A stretch of DNA of 64,000 nucleotides from an uncultured Actinomycetes bacterium (lineage in GTDB: Bacteria; Actinomycetota; Thermoleophilia; Gaiellales; JAICJC01). Each line of letters opens with the position of its first letter. Position 1 is the stretch's first letter. The stretch is from contig CAWEIZ010000002.1 in assembly GCA_963809325.1 (NCBI GenBank), positions 609,745 through 673,744 on the forward strand, written 5' to 3'. Positions 29,189 through 38,070 of the stretch are shown piece by piece. Position numbers and translations under genes: made by a program. Below the pieces are notes generated by a model. That model was given only the letters and a program-made list of their open reading frames with translations. It searched no databases and had not been told where the DNA came from.

Positions 29189-30250
29189 ATGATGAGGATG
29201 AATGTGATGAACCACACACCGCTGCGAGATCTCCTGGAGGACGCGGAGGCCCGCGGCAGCGTGGACGCAGACGAGGTGGAGGCGGCCATCGCGGGCCTCG
29301 ACCTCACAGAGGAAGACGAGGCCGATCTCCGCCGCCAGCTCGACGATCTCGAGGTCGAGGTCGTGGCTGTGCGCGCGGCCGAGCCCGAGGTTGTCGAGGC
29401 CCCGCCGCGCTGGTACCACACGGCGGCGACCACCAACGGCCTCGATCTGTACCTGGCCGAGATCGGCCGCACCCCGCTTCTCACCAAGTCGGAGGAGCAG
29501 CGGCTGGCCCGGCTGATCGAGCAGGGTGACGAGGCCGCCAAGCGCCACATGGTGGAGGCCAACCTGCGGCTCGTCGTGTCGATCGCCAAGAAGTACCGCG
29601 GTCACGGCGTGCCGTTCGTCGACCTGATCCAGGAGGGCACGCTCGGCCTCGTGCGCGCCGTCGAGAAGTTCGAGTGGCAGCGCGACCTCAAGTTCTCGAC
29701 GTACGCCACGTGGTGGATCCGCCAGGCCGTCCAGCGGGCTGTGGCGAACCAGAGCCGGACGATCCGGGTGCCCGTCCACATCCACGACCGGATGCGCAAG
29801 GTCGACCGGGCCCGCCGCGACGCGGAGGTGCGGCTCGGCCGTGCCGCGACGATCGACGAGGTGGCCAAGCAGGCCCAGGTGGCCGTCGAGGACATCGACG
29901 CGCTCGACGAGGTGCGGACGAGCACGGTCTCGCTGCACCAGCCGGCGGCCGTCGACGGCGAGACGGAGCTCGGGGACCTGCTCCCCGATGCCGACGCCGT
30001 GCCGGTCGACGACGTGGTCGCGCTGAACCTGCGGGCGGACGCCCTCCGCTCGGCGCTCGAGCGGCTCTCACCGCGGACGCGGCGCGTCCTGGAGCTGCGC
30101 TACGGGCTCGCGGGCGGCGACCCGATGAACCTCGACGTCATCGGACGCGAGGTCGGCCTCACCCGCGAGCGGGTGCGGCAGCTCGAGGTCGAGGGTCTGG
30201 CGGAGCTGGCCCGGATGCCCGACGTCGCGAGCCTGCACCAGGCGGCGTAA
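29189..30250 (+). CDS. RNA polymerase sigma factor, RpoD/SigA-SigB family (group 1/2)
   Basis: [21 protein letters not shown]...[58 protein letters not shown]...RTIRVPVH. Several candidate ATG starts lie at 29189-29207. Confidence 0.9.
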   Translation: MMRMNVMNHTPLRDLLEDAEARGSVDADEVEAAIAGLDLTEEDEADLRRQLDDLEVEVVAVRAAEPEVVEAPPRWYHTAATTNGLDLYLAEIGRTPLLTKSEEQRLARLIEQGDEAAKRHMVEANLRLVVSIAKKYRGHGVPFVDLIQEGTLGLVRAVEKFEWQRDLKFSTYATWWIRQAVQRAVANQSRTIRVPVHIHDRMRKVDRARRDAEVRLGRAATIDEVAKQAQVAVEDIDALDEVRTSTVSLHQPAAVDGETELGDLLPDADAVPVDDVVALNLRADALRSALERLSPRTRRVLELRYGLAGGDPMNLDVIGREVGLTRERVRQLEVEGLAELARMPDVASLHQAA

Positions 30251-30266
30251 CACCGTCGAACTCCAT

Positions 30267-30295
30267 GGGGCCGGGCACCTCCGGTGCCTGGCCCC
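30267..30295 (+). terminator. GC-rich hairpin after the sigma factor gene
   Basis: GGGGCCGGGCACC-TCC-GGTGCCTGGCCCC. The single non-Watson-Crick position is G.U on the plus strand. The downstream U-tract is weak. Confidence 0.45.
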
Positions 30296-30330
30296 GGTGG
30301 TATCCCGGCCGGAGTTACCCTCTCGCATTC

Positions 30331-31575
30331 ATGTCGAGATGCGAGGTGAATGACGACGAGCCTGCCCGCACGTCCGGACTCGCGCGGATGCGCGTGCGGG
30401 GCTTCCGGACAGCCCTCGACGTAACACTGCGTCCGGGGCGCGTGTGTGCGCTCGTCGGAGAGGCCAACGCCGGGAAGTCCAACCTGCTTGCCGCCATGTG
30501 GATGCTGCTCGACCCGCTCGCTCCGGCGCCACAGAGGACGGACGTGGCCGTCGGAAGCCGTGGAGGCATCACGATCGAGGGCGACCTGACCTCGGGCGGC
30601 TCCGTGCGACTGGACGCCGCTCCGCCGAAGGTGGTGCGAAGCGCTCCTGCGTCCCGCCAGGATGTCCTCTTCATGCCGGCCGAGCTTCGCTCCGGGGCCG
30701 TCGTTGCGGCGACGGCCGCAGCCGGCGGCGGAGCCGGTCGAGCCCACGCCGCGATCGCGGGGACTCTGGAGCAGGCTCTCGGGCAGTTGTCGGGTCACGC
30801 CTCGTCGGCGACAGGGGCCGTCTCGCTGGTATCCGCGCTCGAGCTGCTCCGCGCCGAGACGGTCGCCGGGATCGTGGTGCTGATCGAGGAGCCGGAGCTC
30901 TTTCTTCGCCCGCAGGCCCAGCGCTACCTCTACCGCCTGCTGCGCGAGCTGGCGACGGCGGGGAATCAGGTGGTGTACTCCACCCACGCCCCGGCGTTCC
31001 TGAACGTTGGCCGCCTCGAGGAGCTGGTGTTTGTGCATCGCGATCCGGAGCACGGCGTCCGCGTCCACCAGCCCGGCCCGTTCCCCGCGGCCTCGGACTT
31101 CCGCACGCTCTCCGAGTTCGACGCCGAGCGGAGCGAGCTCTTCCTGGCGCGGGCAGTGCTGCTCGTCGAGGGGGTCACCGAGAAGCTTGCGTTCCCGTTC
31201 GTGTTCCGCGCGTTGGGCCACGACCCCGATCGCGAGGCGATCTCGATCGTCGAGTGCGGAGGGAAGGCGAACATCCCCCTGTTCGTCCAGATCTGCCGTG
31301 CGGCTGGTGTCCCGTGCGTTGCCGTTCATGACCGCGACGCTCCGCCGGGGCGGCGCCCGATCGCCGCCGAGCGGTTCATCAACCGGCAGATCGAGGAGGC
31401 CGCGACGGCGGACCGGACGGTGGTCATGGCTCCCGACTTCGAGTCGGTCGCCGGGCTTCGCGGCAGGCGGCACAAGCCGGAACGCGCCTGGCAGCGGTTC
31501 ACGGAGGCGGAGGAGCCCGTCCCCGAACCGCTCGCCCGGGCGGCGAGGCTCGTGCTCGCGCTCGCCCGCGATTGA
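30331..31575 (+). CDS. OLD-family ATP-dependent endonuclease (P-loop ATPase + TOPRIM)
   Basis: GFRTALDV...LVGEANAGKSNLL (Walker A), VVLIEEPELFLRPQAQR (Walker B/signature region), LVEGVTEKLAFPFV...VECGGKANIP...VHDRD (TOPRIM). An alternative start is ATG 30388. Confidence 0.75.
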   Translation: MSRCEVNDDEPARTSGLARMRVRGFRTALDVTLRPGRVCALVGEANAGKSNLLAAMWMLLDPLAPAPQRTDVAVGSRGGITIEGDLTSGGSVRLDAAPPKVVRSAPASRQDVLFMPAELRSGAVVAATAAAGGGAGRAHAAIAGTLEQALGQLSGHASSATGAVSLVSALELLRAETVAGIVVLIEEPELFLRPQAQRYLYRLLRELATAGNQVVYSTHAPAFLNVGRLEELVFVHRDPEHGVRVHQPGPFPAASDFRTLSEFDAERSELFLARAVLLVEGVTEKLAFPFVFRALGHDPDREAISIVECGGKANIPLFVQICRAAGVPCVAVHDRDAPPGRRPIAAERFINRQIEEAATADRTVVMAPDFESVAGLRGRRHKPERAWQRFTEAEEPVPEPLARAARLVLALARD

Positions 31576-31623
31576 TGCTGCGCTCATCACAACCGGGGGC
31601 GTTGCGGGAAACCCGATTCCCGC

Positions 31624-31641
31624 TTCGGTGCGCATACCGAT
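31624..31641. promoter_or_regulatory. stress-island dyad, site A: TTCGGTGCGCATACCGAT, 33 nt upstream of the eRF1-like gene
   Basis: One of five related dyads (see findings). Flanked by GCGGGAA / TTCCCGC / GCGGGAA repeats at 31604-31648. Confidence 0.5.
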
Positions 31642-31674
31642 GCGGGAAGTGCGGGCAGGCGCGAGAGTCGTGAT

Positions 31675-32730
31675 ATGAGCATTGATCGCAAAACCGTTCT
31701 GGCGGTGGCCCGCATGCGAGATCCGGCCGGAGTCGTGTCGATCTACGTCGACGTCGATCCGCTCGAGGCCGCATCGGGGGCCCCAACCTGGCTCGAGGAC
31801 TTCAATGTCGAGGTTCGCCGTCTGAACTGCCAGGAGCGGCTGCACGAGCTGAGTCGCGAGATCGCGGATGTGGTGGACCCGTCGCGGCACGGCCGCGGAC
31901 GGGCGCTCTTCTTCGGCGCGACGGCCGGCGGCGCCGTTCACTCGTTTGCCGTCCAGCTGCCGCTCGAGACCTCGGTGAGGCTGGCCGAGCGTCCGCACCT
32001 GCAGCCGCTGCTCGAGGCGCTCGACGGAGCTCGCCCGGCCGGCATCGTCATCGTCTCGATGGCGGAGCTCCGCGCGATCGAGCTGGCATGGGGAGAGGCC
32101 GCCGATCTGGTTCGGCGCGAGATGACTCCGCCGCCGTCGGAATGGAACGAGCGGAAGGAGCCCAACCACCTCCACGACGAGGACCGGCTCCATATCGTCC
32201 GCACCGCTGCGCCGGTCGTCGAGAAGCTCGCCCGCAACCGCGGGTGGGATCGAGTTGTCCTGGCAGGGAACCCGCGCCTCACCCGGCCGCTCGCCGCGAG
32301 GATCACGTCACACGTGGACGCGACGGTGGTCGAGGCGGTGAGGAACGTGCTGATCGAGGACGGCGCACCGCAGGTGGCGAGCCGTCTCCGCTCGCACGTC
32401 GCCACCGCCGGCGAGCGCCGGGCCGCGGCGCTGCTCGACCTGGCCCACGACGCGGCGCTTGCCGGTGGGCGGGGCGCGATCGGCGTCGACGACGTACTCG
32501 ACGCGGTCACCGAAGGCCGAGCCGCATGGGTCGCGATCGACGGTGAGGCGGCGCTCCACACGAGCGGGGTCCGGGAGCCGGCTGGAGGCGTCCGGCTGCT
32601 GCACCGCGCCGACGTGGCGGACACCATCATCGAGCGTGCGCTCGAGACGGACGCCACGCTGACCGTGCTCTCGGGGAGCACCCATCCCGCTCTGCGGGCA
32701 GCCGGTGCGGTGGCCGTCCTTCGGTGGTGA
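31675..32730 (+). CDS. eRF1-like (baeRF1 / Vms1-like) family protein, divergent
   Basis: N-terminal pattern AGVVSIYVDVDP...GRGRALFFGA...LAERPHLQPLLEAL is typical of the actinobacterial eRF1-like family. I did not find a GGxSQ-like motif. Confidence 0.5.
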   Translation: MSIDRKTVLAVARMRDPAGVVSIYVDVDPLEAASGAPTWLEDFNVEVRRLNCQERLHELSREIADVVDPSRHGRGRALFFGATAGGAVHSFAVQLPLETSVRLAERPHLQPLLEALDGARPAGIVIVSMAELRAIELAWGEAADLVRREMTPPPSEWNERKEPNHLHDEDRLHIVRTAAPVVEKLARNRGWDRVVLAGNPRLTRPLAARITSHVDATVVEAVRNVLIEDGAPQVASRLRSHVATAGERRAAALLDLAHDAALAGGRGAIGVDDVLDAVTEGRAAWVAIDGEAALHTSGVREPAGGVRLLHRADVADTIIERALETDATLTVLSGSTHPALRAAGAVAVLRW

Positions 32731-32787
32731 CGAGGTCACCGGCCAGGGCGTGAGGCGCCGGCCTCAAGGGCTGCGAGTTCCGTACGC

Positions 32788-33546
32788 CTAGCGCACCACG
32801 AGCACGGAGCCGGCGGCCCTGTGGGCGACGGCCCCGCTGACGCTGCTGAGCGCCCGCAGCCCTCGCAGCCCGCGGCAGCCGACCACGAGAAGGTCGTCTG
32901 TCGTGGCCCGCTCGATCAGCGTCGCGGCCGGCGAGCTGTCGAGCGCATGCACCGCGTCGAGGGCCGCGCCGGTGCGCCGGCTGAGCTCGTGTGCGACTGC
33001 GAGCGCGCGCGTGGACGGCTCAGACTCGTCGACGCCGACGACGATCGTGCGAGGGAACGTCGCGATCGGCGCGGCGCGGGCGATCAGCACAGAGCAGGCC
33101 GCGTCGTGGACGAGCCGCGCCGCAACGCCGCCCAGGAGTGTCCCCGGGAGCCGACCCTGCCCGTGGCTGCCCACGGCGATCATGCCCGCCTCGAGGCGCG
33201 CAGCCTCGACTGCGAGGAGCGCCGCGGCGGGCCCGGTGCGGAGCGTCGTCGTCACCTCAATCCCGCTCGAGACGTCGTGGGCCGCCTCGGCGAGCGCCGC
33301 CCAGGCCTCTTTGCGGAGCCGGCGCTCCGGCTCGGCCATCTGCGCGGGCATGACCGACGCAACCGATTCGACGAGCCCGGCATGGATCACGCCGACGAGC
33401 TCGATTCGGGCGCCGGGCGCGGCGAGAAGCGCGGCCTGGCGGACGGCCTCAGCCGCCTCTGCGGAGCCGTCGACCCCGCAGACGATCGTCGAGAGGACAG
33501 CCGCCGCGTCAATCGTCGGTACCCGAATGGAATGAAGCTCGGCCAT
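32788..33546 (-). CDS. universal stress protein (tandem Usp domains)
   Basis: IVCGVDGSAEAAEAV...MIAVGSHGQGRLPGTLLGGVAARLVHDAACSVLIAR...IVVGVDESEPS...LLVVGCRGLRGLRALSSVSGAVAHRAAGSVLVV. Confidence 0.85.
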   Translation of the reverse strand: MAELHSIRVPTIDAAAVLSTIVCGVDGSAEAAEAVRQAALLAAPGARIELVGVIHAGLVESVASVMPAQMAEPERRLRKEAWAALAEAAHDVSSGIEVTTTLRTGPAAALLAVEAARLEAGMIAVGSHGQGRLPGTLLGGVAARLVHDAACSVLIARAAPIATFPRTIVVGVDESEPSTRALAVAHELSRRTGAALDAVHALDSSPAATLIERATTDDLLVVGCRGLRGLRALSSVSGAVAHRAAGSVLVVR

Positions 33547-33579
33547 GTCGCGAGCGTACGCGCTCGGCGCCGGCGCGGC

Positions 33580-33596
33580 ATCGGGGAATGCCCGAA
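33580..33596. promoter_or_regulatory. stress-island dyad, site D (minus-strand reading TTCGGGCATTCCCCGAT), upstream of USP ATG 33546
   Basis: Same half-sites and GATGCCG flank as site C; the spacer is 1 nt shorter. Confidence 0.4.
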
Positions 33597-33623
33597 TCGG
33601 ACAGTGGTTTTCCACGCAAAGGC

Positions 33624-33657
33624 GCGGCGGGGTGGAGAGCGCTCTCCACCCCGCCGC
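33624..33657 (-). terminator. perfect 34-bp palindrome (GCGGCGGGGTGGAGAGC|GCTCTCCACCCCGCCGC) just downstream of the amino-acid permease gene
   Basis: Read directly. On the minus strand it is followed by GCCUUUGCG. Confidence 0.55.
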
Positions 33658-33675
33658 TTCGGCGGTACGGTCGGG

Positions 33676-35143
33676 TCAGCGTCCGAGCGGAACCAGAGGC
33701 CGCTCTTCCTTGAACATCCGCACCGGCGGCGTTGCAACCGGAGGCGGTGGCTCGACCGGCGCTTCCTTCGACTGGCGCCAGCGCATGAACACGTACACCG
33801 GGATGCCTGCCATCAGGAGCAGGAACCCCTGCGCGATGTACTCCTCACCCGCTCCGTAGATCATCCAGAACGAGTACGTGAAGGCCAGGATGGCGATCGT
33901 CGCGTCGAGCGTCAGGCGCCGTCCGCTGAACCGCTCGCGATCGGTGAACATCAGCATCAGCTGGGCGGCCGCCGAGAATGCGTACGGCACGAGCGTGGTG
34001 AGCGTGGCCAGGATGATGATCTTCGTGAACGTGTCGGTGAGCGAGGACTGGTAGTTCATCGCCATGAGCCCGCTCAGGAGCACCGACGACGCCACGAGGC
34101 CCACGACCGGCGTCTTGCGCGTGCCGCTGACCTGTGCGAACGCCTTCGGGAAGAGGCCGTCCTGCGCCGCGGCCAGTGGCACACGGCCCTGGATCAGGAT
34201 CCAGCCGTTGAGGGCGCCGAACGTCGAGATCATCGCCACTGCGGCGATGAGCTTGTCGGGCGAGACGCCCAGGACCGACGAGCCGAAGATCTGGCGGGCT
34301 GCGTCGGCGAACGGGGCGTTCGAGTCCGGCCAGCGTCGCGGCCGGGATGACGCCCATGATCGCCACGGTGGCGAGCACGTACAGGCCCGTCGTGACGGTC
34401 GTCCCGAGGATGGTCGCCCGCGGCAGCGTCTTCTCGGGGTTCTTGACCTCTTCAGCCGGAACGGTGGCCGACTCGAGACCAAGGAACGCCCACAGGGTCA
34501 GCGTGGCCGCGAACGAGATCGCGTGCCAGTGGCCCGAGAGGCTGACGTGGTTCGGGTCAAACGGCGTGAAGTTCGCGCTGTGCATGTAGAAGAGCCCGAT
34601 CAGGCCGATCAGAAGCAGCGGCACGAACTTGAGAACCGTTGTGACGACCTGGATGATGCCCGACTCGCGCGCGCCCGCGATGTTCGCGAGCGTCAGCACC
34701 CAGATGACCGAAAGCCCGAGTGTGAACGCGAGCACGTTGTCTGTCCCGAGGCTGGGCCAGAACACGCTGGCATAGCTCACGAAGATCGTCGCGATGGCGG
34801 CGTTGCCGGCCCATGCCGCGATCCAGTAGCCCCAGGCGGTCCAGAAGCCTGCGAAGTCGCCGAACGCCCGCCGCGCATAGGCGTACGGCCCACCGGTCTG
34901 CGGGTAGGCCCGGCCGAGATTCGCAAAGACGAGCGCGAGCAGGATCGCGCCGGCTCCCGTGAAGATCCATGCGAGCAGCGAGATCGGCCCCGTCGACGCC
35001 AGTGATGCCGGAAGCCCGAAGACTCCCGATCCGACCATGTTTCCGATCACCAGCGCGGTTGCCATCCAGAGTCCAAGCGAACGCTTGAGCTTCGGACGGC
35101 CCGCCCCGGCCAGGTCGGAGTGGGTATCCGAGACGCTTGACAT
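33676..35143 (-). pseudogene. amino acid permease (APC superfamily), +1 frameshift near 34326 as assembled
   Basis: The N-terminal 2/3 (LGLWMATALVIGNMVGSGVFGLPASLA...VIPAATLA) is in the frame of 35143. The C-terminal 1/3 (SNAPFADAARQIFG...ALNGWILIQGRVPLAAAQDGLFP...) is in the frame of 34482. Confidence 0.75.
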
Positions 35144-35363
35144 GGCGTTCCCCTTCCATGAGTTGGGCGGATGATTCCGGCCCCACTATCCGTCCGCTCA
35201 GTGCCGCCCGCATCGGGGCCGGCGCCGCACCCGTCGCAGGGGAAGTACCACACGATTTGCGGGCGAATACGCACCCTCAATCGGCGATGTCCCGGATGCC
35301 GAAACGGCGCCCTGGGCACGACGATGAGTGGCACATCTCGGGCACCGTCCCAAGGGGGTCACC

Positions 35364-35582
35364 ATGGGCACGTCCACGCTCTTTCCGTCGAAGCCGGCAT
35401 CTCGGGTGACGCCGGGCGACACGGCTTGGCCGTCCCCGACGGAGCTCGTGTGCGGCGAGTGCGGCTACGCGGTCACCGCGCGCCGTGAGATCCCGCACTG
35501 CCCGATGTGCGGTGCTCCGGGCGCCTGGAAGGCGCCGGCGACCCGCTACCGCAGCGCACCCTCGATCCGCCGCGCCAGGTAG
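35364..35582 (+). CDS. small zinc-ribbon (CxxC...CPxC) protein
   Basis: GGGGG RBS-like run before the ATG; ...ELVCGECGYAVTARREIPHCPMCGAPGAW...; the 3' end overlaps the convergent oxidoreductase gene. Confidence 0.4.
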   Translation: MGTSTLFPSKPASRVTPGDTAWPSPTELVCGECGYAVTARREIPHCPMCGAPGAWKAPATRYRSAPSIRRAR

Positions 35583-36661
35583 GGCGCGAGGAACGGCGCG
35601 GCGATCTTGTCGGGGGGCGACCAGAACGGCTGGGTTGTCGCGACCGACGAGAGCTCTTCACCGTCTCGGATGTGGCTCGAGAGGTAGCGCGGGCCGTTTC
35701 CGGTGAGGAGCACGCTTCGGATGACCGGCCGGAACGGCTCGGGCAGGATGGCTGCTCCCGCCTCGGCCGCGATGACCTGCGCCACGGCGTCGGCCTGCTG
35801 AGCGGCGATGCCGCCCTGCTTCACCGAGTAGTTGGTGATGTCCCCAGCGGCGAAGACGTTCGTCAGGCCCTCTACGCGGCCGTACTCGTCGACCGGGATG
35901 AACCCGCCCTGCACATGCGGGACGCCGTCGAGCTCGATGGCCTGCTGTGCGGGCAGCGCCACGAACCGGTCCGCCTCGACCGTGCCGGACGGCGCCAGCG
36001 TCAGCCTGCCGTCGTCCACGCCCATCGGAATGACGCCGGCGACCAGCGTGATGCCGTGCTCGCCGAGGAGCTCTGCCACCGCCCGGCTCGCCGCCGGGCC
36101 GAGCACGCCGAGCGGCTCGTCCTCGGGCGTGACGAGCGTCAGCTCCGCCTCGTGCTTCGCCGGCCGCCGGGCGGTCATGAGAGCCAGCTCGTACATCGGA
36201 AGCGGCCACACCGTTCCGTGGGGGACGATGAACACGACCGACGCGACCTCGCCGGCATCGATCTCGTCGAGAATTCGCCGGTAGGTTTCGACGTCCGCCA
36301 GCCCCGCGAAGGTCGAGGCCCCGGGGACCGCGGAGACGAGCTTCGTCCCGCACGCGATGACGAGTGCGTCGTACTCGGCGCTCGTTCCGTCGTCGAAGAT
36401 CGCCCGGCGGCCGGCGTTGTCGACCCCGGCGAGCCCGTTGATCCGCAGCGTCGCCCCGACGTCGGCCGTGATCTCCCGGAGGTCGAGCATGTGGACGTGG
36501 CCACGCCCGAAGGGCTCCGAGACGACAAGCGGCCGGTACGCGAACGCCGGCTCAGGGGACGCCAGCTCGACCGAGACCAGGTCGGGCGCGAGTGCGCGTA
36601 GCGCGAGCGCCGTCTCGATGCCTGCGACGCCTCCGCCCGCGATGAGAACGCGGAACTGCAT
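35546..36661 (-). CDS. FAD-dependent pyridine nucleotide-disulfide oxidoreductase (SQR/NDH-2-like), paralog 1
   Basis: MQFRVLIAGGGVAGIETALAL...YDALVIACG...VFAAGDITNYSVKQGGIAAQQAD; paralogous to 59819-60943. Confidence 0.8.
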   Translation of the reverse strand: MQFRVLIAGGGVAGIETALALRALAPDLVSVELASPEPAFAYRPLVVSEPFGRGHVHMLDLREITADVGATLRINGLAGVDNAGRRAIFDDGTSAEYDALVIACGTKLVSAVPGASTFAGLADVETYRRILDEIDAGEVASVVFIVPHGTVWPLPMYELALMTARRPAKHEAELTLVTPEDEPLGVLGPAASRAVAELLGEHGITLVAGVIPMGVDDGRLTLAPSGTVEADRFVALPAQQAIELDGVPHVQGGFIPVDEYGRVEGLTNVFAAGDITNYSVKQGGIAAQQADAVAQVIAAEAGAAILPEPFRPVIRSVLLTGNGPRYLSSHIRDGEELSSVATTQPFWSPPDKIAAPFLAPYLARRIEGALR

Positions 36662-36750
36662 GCGCCGAAGGATCCGCTTTCGGCCGTCCGAATGCATCCG
36701 TGCAGACCCCGGGTTCCATTTCGGGAAAGCCGCAAACGGCCGTCGCCGGA

Positions 36751-36768
36751 TTCGGTGCCGGCACCGAT
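36751..36768. promoter_or_regulatory. stress-island dyad, site B: TTCGGTGCCGGCACCGAT, between the divergent oxidoreductase and hsp20 genes
   Basis: The inner 14 nt, CGGTGCCGGCACCG, is a perfect palindrome; followed by GCGGGAAG as in site A. Confidence 0.5.
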
Positions 36769-36818
36769 GCGGGAAGGGCGTCTGCGGTCAGAATTCAAGC
36801 TGGAGAGGAGGTGACGCC

Positions 36819-37247
36819 ATGACGACCATGACGACATGGGATCCCTTCCGGCAGATGGAGCGGTTCGAGCAGGAGCTGGGGAAGTTCTTCGCCCGCCCGA
36901 ACACTCCGACCGGGACATGGATGCCCGCAGTCGACGTCGAGCAGACTCCGACGGAGCTCGTCTTCACGTTCGACCTTCCGGGCATCTCGCCTGACGATGT
37001 CAGCATCGAGCTGCACGATCGCACGCTGACGGTCTCGGGCTCGCGCGAGGAGAAGCGCGACGAGACGCACGAGGGCTATCACACGCACGAGCGCGTGTTC
37101 GGCCAGTTCGGTCGCAGCTTCTCGCTGCCGTATGCTGTCAAGCCGGACGAGATCAAGGCTGAGTTCGCCAAGGGCGAGCTGGGCATTCACGTGCCACGTC
37201 CAGCCGAGGCGCAGCCTCAGCGGATCGAGATCGCCGCGAAGGAGTAG
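36819..37247 (+). CDS. Hsp20/alpha-crystallin family small heat-shock protein
   Basis: GGAGAGGAGG RBS; WDPFRQMERFEQEL...WMPAVDVEQTPTELVFTFDLPGISPDDVSIELHDRTLTVSGSREE...FGRSFSLP...AEFAKGELGIHVPR. Confidence 0.9.
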   Translation: MTTMTTWDPFRQMERFEQELGKFFARPNTPTGTWMPAVDVEQTPTELVFTFDLPGISPDDVSIELHDRTLTVSGSREEKRDETHEGYHTHERVFGQFGRSFSLPYAVKPDEIKAEFAKGELGIHVPRPAEAQPQRIEIAAKE

Positions 37248-37258
37248 TCCCTCACCGT

Positions 37259-37297
37259 GCGGCCGGCCGCCCAGGCGGGTGCCCGGGCGGCCGGCGC
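37259..37297. terminator. GC-rich hairpin between convergent hsp20 and the 37316-37942 gene
   Basis: About 13 bp of G/C pairing with one bulge (GCGGCCGGCCGCCC...GGGCGGCCGGCGC). Confidence 0.35.
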
Positions 37298-37315
37298 CGT
37301 TCTCTCTCGGACCGG

Positions 37316-37942
37316 CTACTGGAGCAGGCGAGGCGCCGTCAGGATCTCGGTCATCCGAGTCGCCTGGGGGAAGTGCTCGGGCGACTCCGCGATCTCGCGG
37401 AGCTGTGACGCCGCCCCCGGCCCTGTGAACACGAAGATGACCTCGGTGTCGCCGAGGAACACCTCGGGGTGCTCGAAGCTCTCGCCGGGAAGGCCCAGCG
37501 GGTGATCGTGTGCGAGCGCGCGCTCGAGATCGGCGCGCTTTCCAGGACGGATCTCCGCGAGGATCGCGACCCGGTCGTTGATGACCGGTCCCTGGGCGCC
37601 GTCCAGCGGGCGGACGTCCTCGCGTACCGAGGCAATGGCGTTCTGCAGCTGGTGCGCGGCTCCCCAGCCGCCGAGCAGGAGCTCGACGACGACTTCGCCG
37701 TCGGGGCCGCCGACCGCCACCGCGGGGGACGGACGCCACCGGTTCAGCCCGACGCCGGTGATCTGGTCCGCAGGCATCCGCAGCGTCCGCCGCAGGCCTC
37801 CGGGCGGCGTGCCCTCGAGCACGAAGTCGTGGCCGTCGACGCGCGCACGCCCGAGGTGGCGCCTGTGGTTCTCGTCCGTCCACGCGACCGCGTACTCCAC
37901 GACGGCCGTGTGACCCAGCGGCTTCATTGAATGTTCGGCCAT
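37316..37942 (-). CDS. hypothetical protein; the C-terminal half is related to the 56984-57289 protein
   Basis: The start MAEHSMKPLG is preferred over 38011 because site E lies upstream of it. The C-terminal pattern VAILAEIRPGKRADLERAL...FEHPEVFLGDTEVIFVFTG resembles ILYVAQIDPARREELLETF...LERHTVFIGPRHVAFLFEG. Confidence 0.55.
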   Translation of the reverse strand: MAEHSMKPLGHTAVVEYAVAWTDENHRRHLGRARVDGHDFVLEGTPPGGLRRTLRMPADQITGVGLNRWRPSPAVAVGGPDGEVVVELLLGGWGAAHQLQNAIASVREDVRPLDGAQGPVINDRVAILAEIRPGKRADLERALAHDHPLGLPGESFEHPEVFLGDTEVIFVFTGPGAASQLREIAESPEHFPQATRMTEILTAPRLLQ

Positions 37943-37998
37943 GCTCAGAGGATCGTCCGCTGCGCGCGAAAGTGCGTCGGGGTCGACACGGAATCGGC

Positions 37999-38015
37999 TT
38001 CGGGAAAACACCGAA
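37999..38015. promoter_or_regulatory. stress-island dyad, site E: TTCGGGAAAACACCGAA, in the divergent region 37943-38070
   Basis: Perfect TTCGG-N7-CCGAA; the minus-strand reading is TTCGGTGTTTTCCCGAA. Confidence 0.4.
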
Positions 38016-38070
38016 CCCGCGGTGGCCGGCGGGAGGCTAGGATCGGCGACCGACTGCGAGGGGGTGCCAG

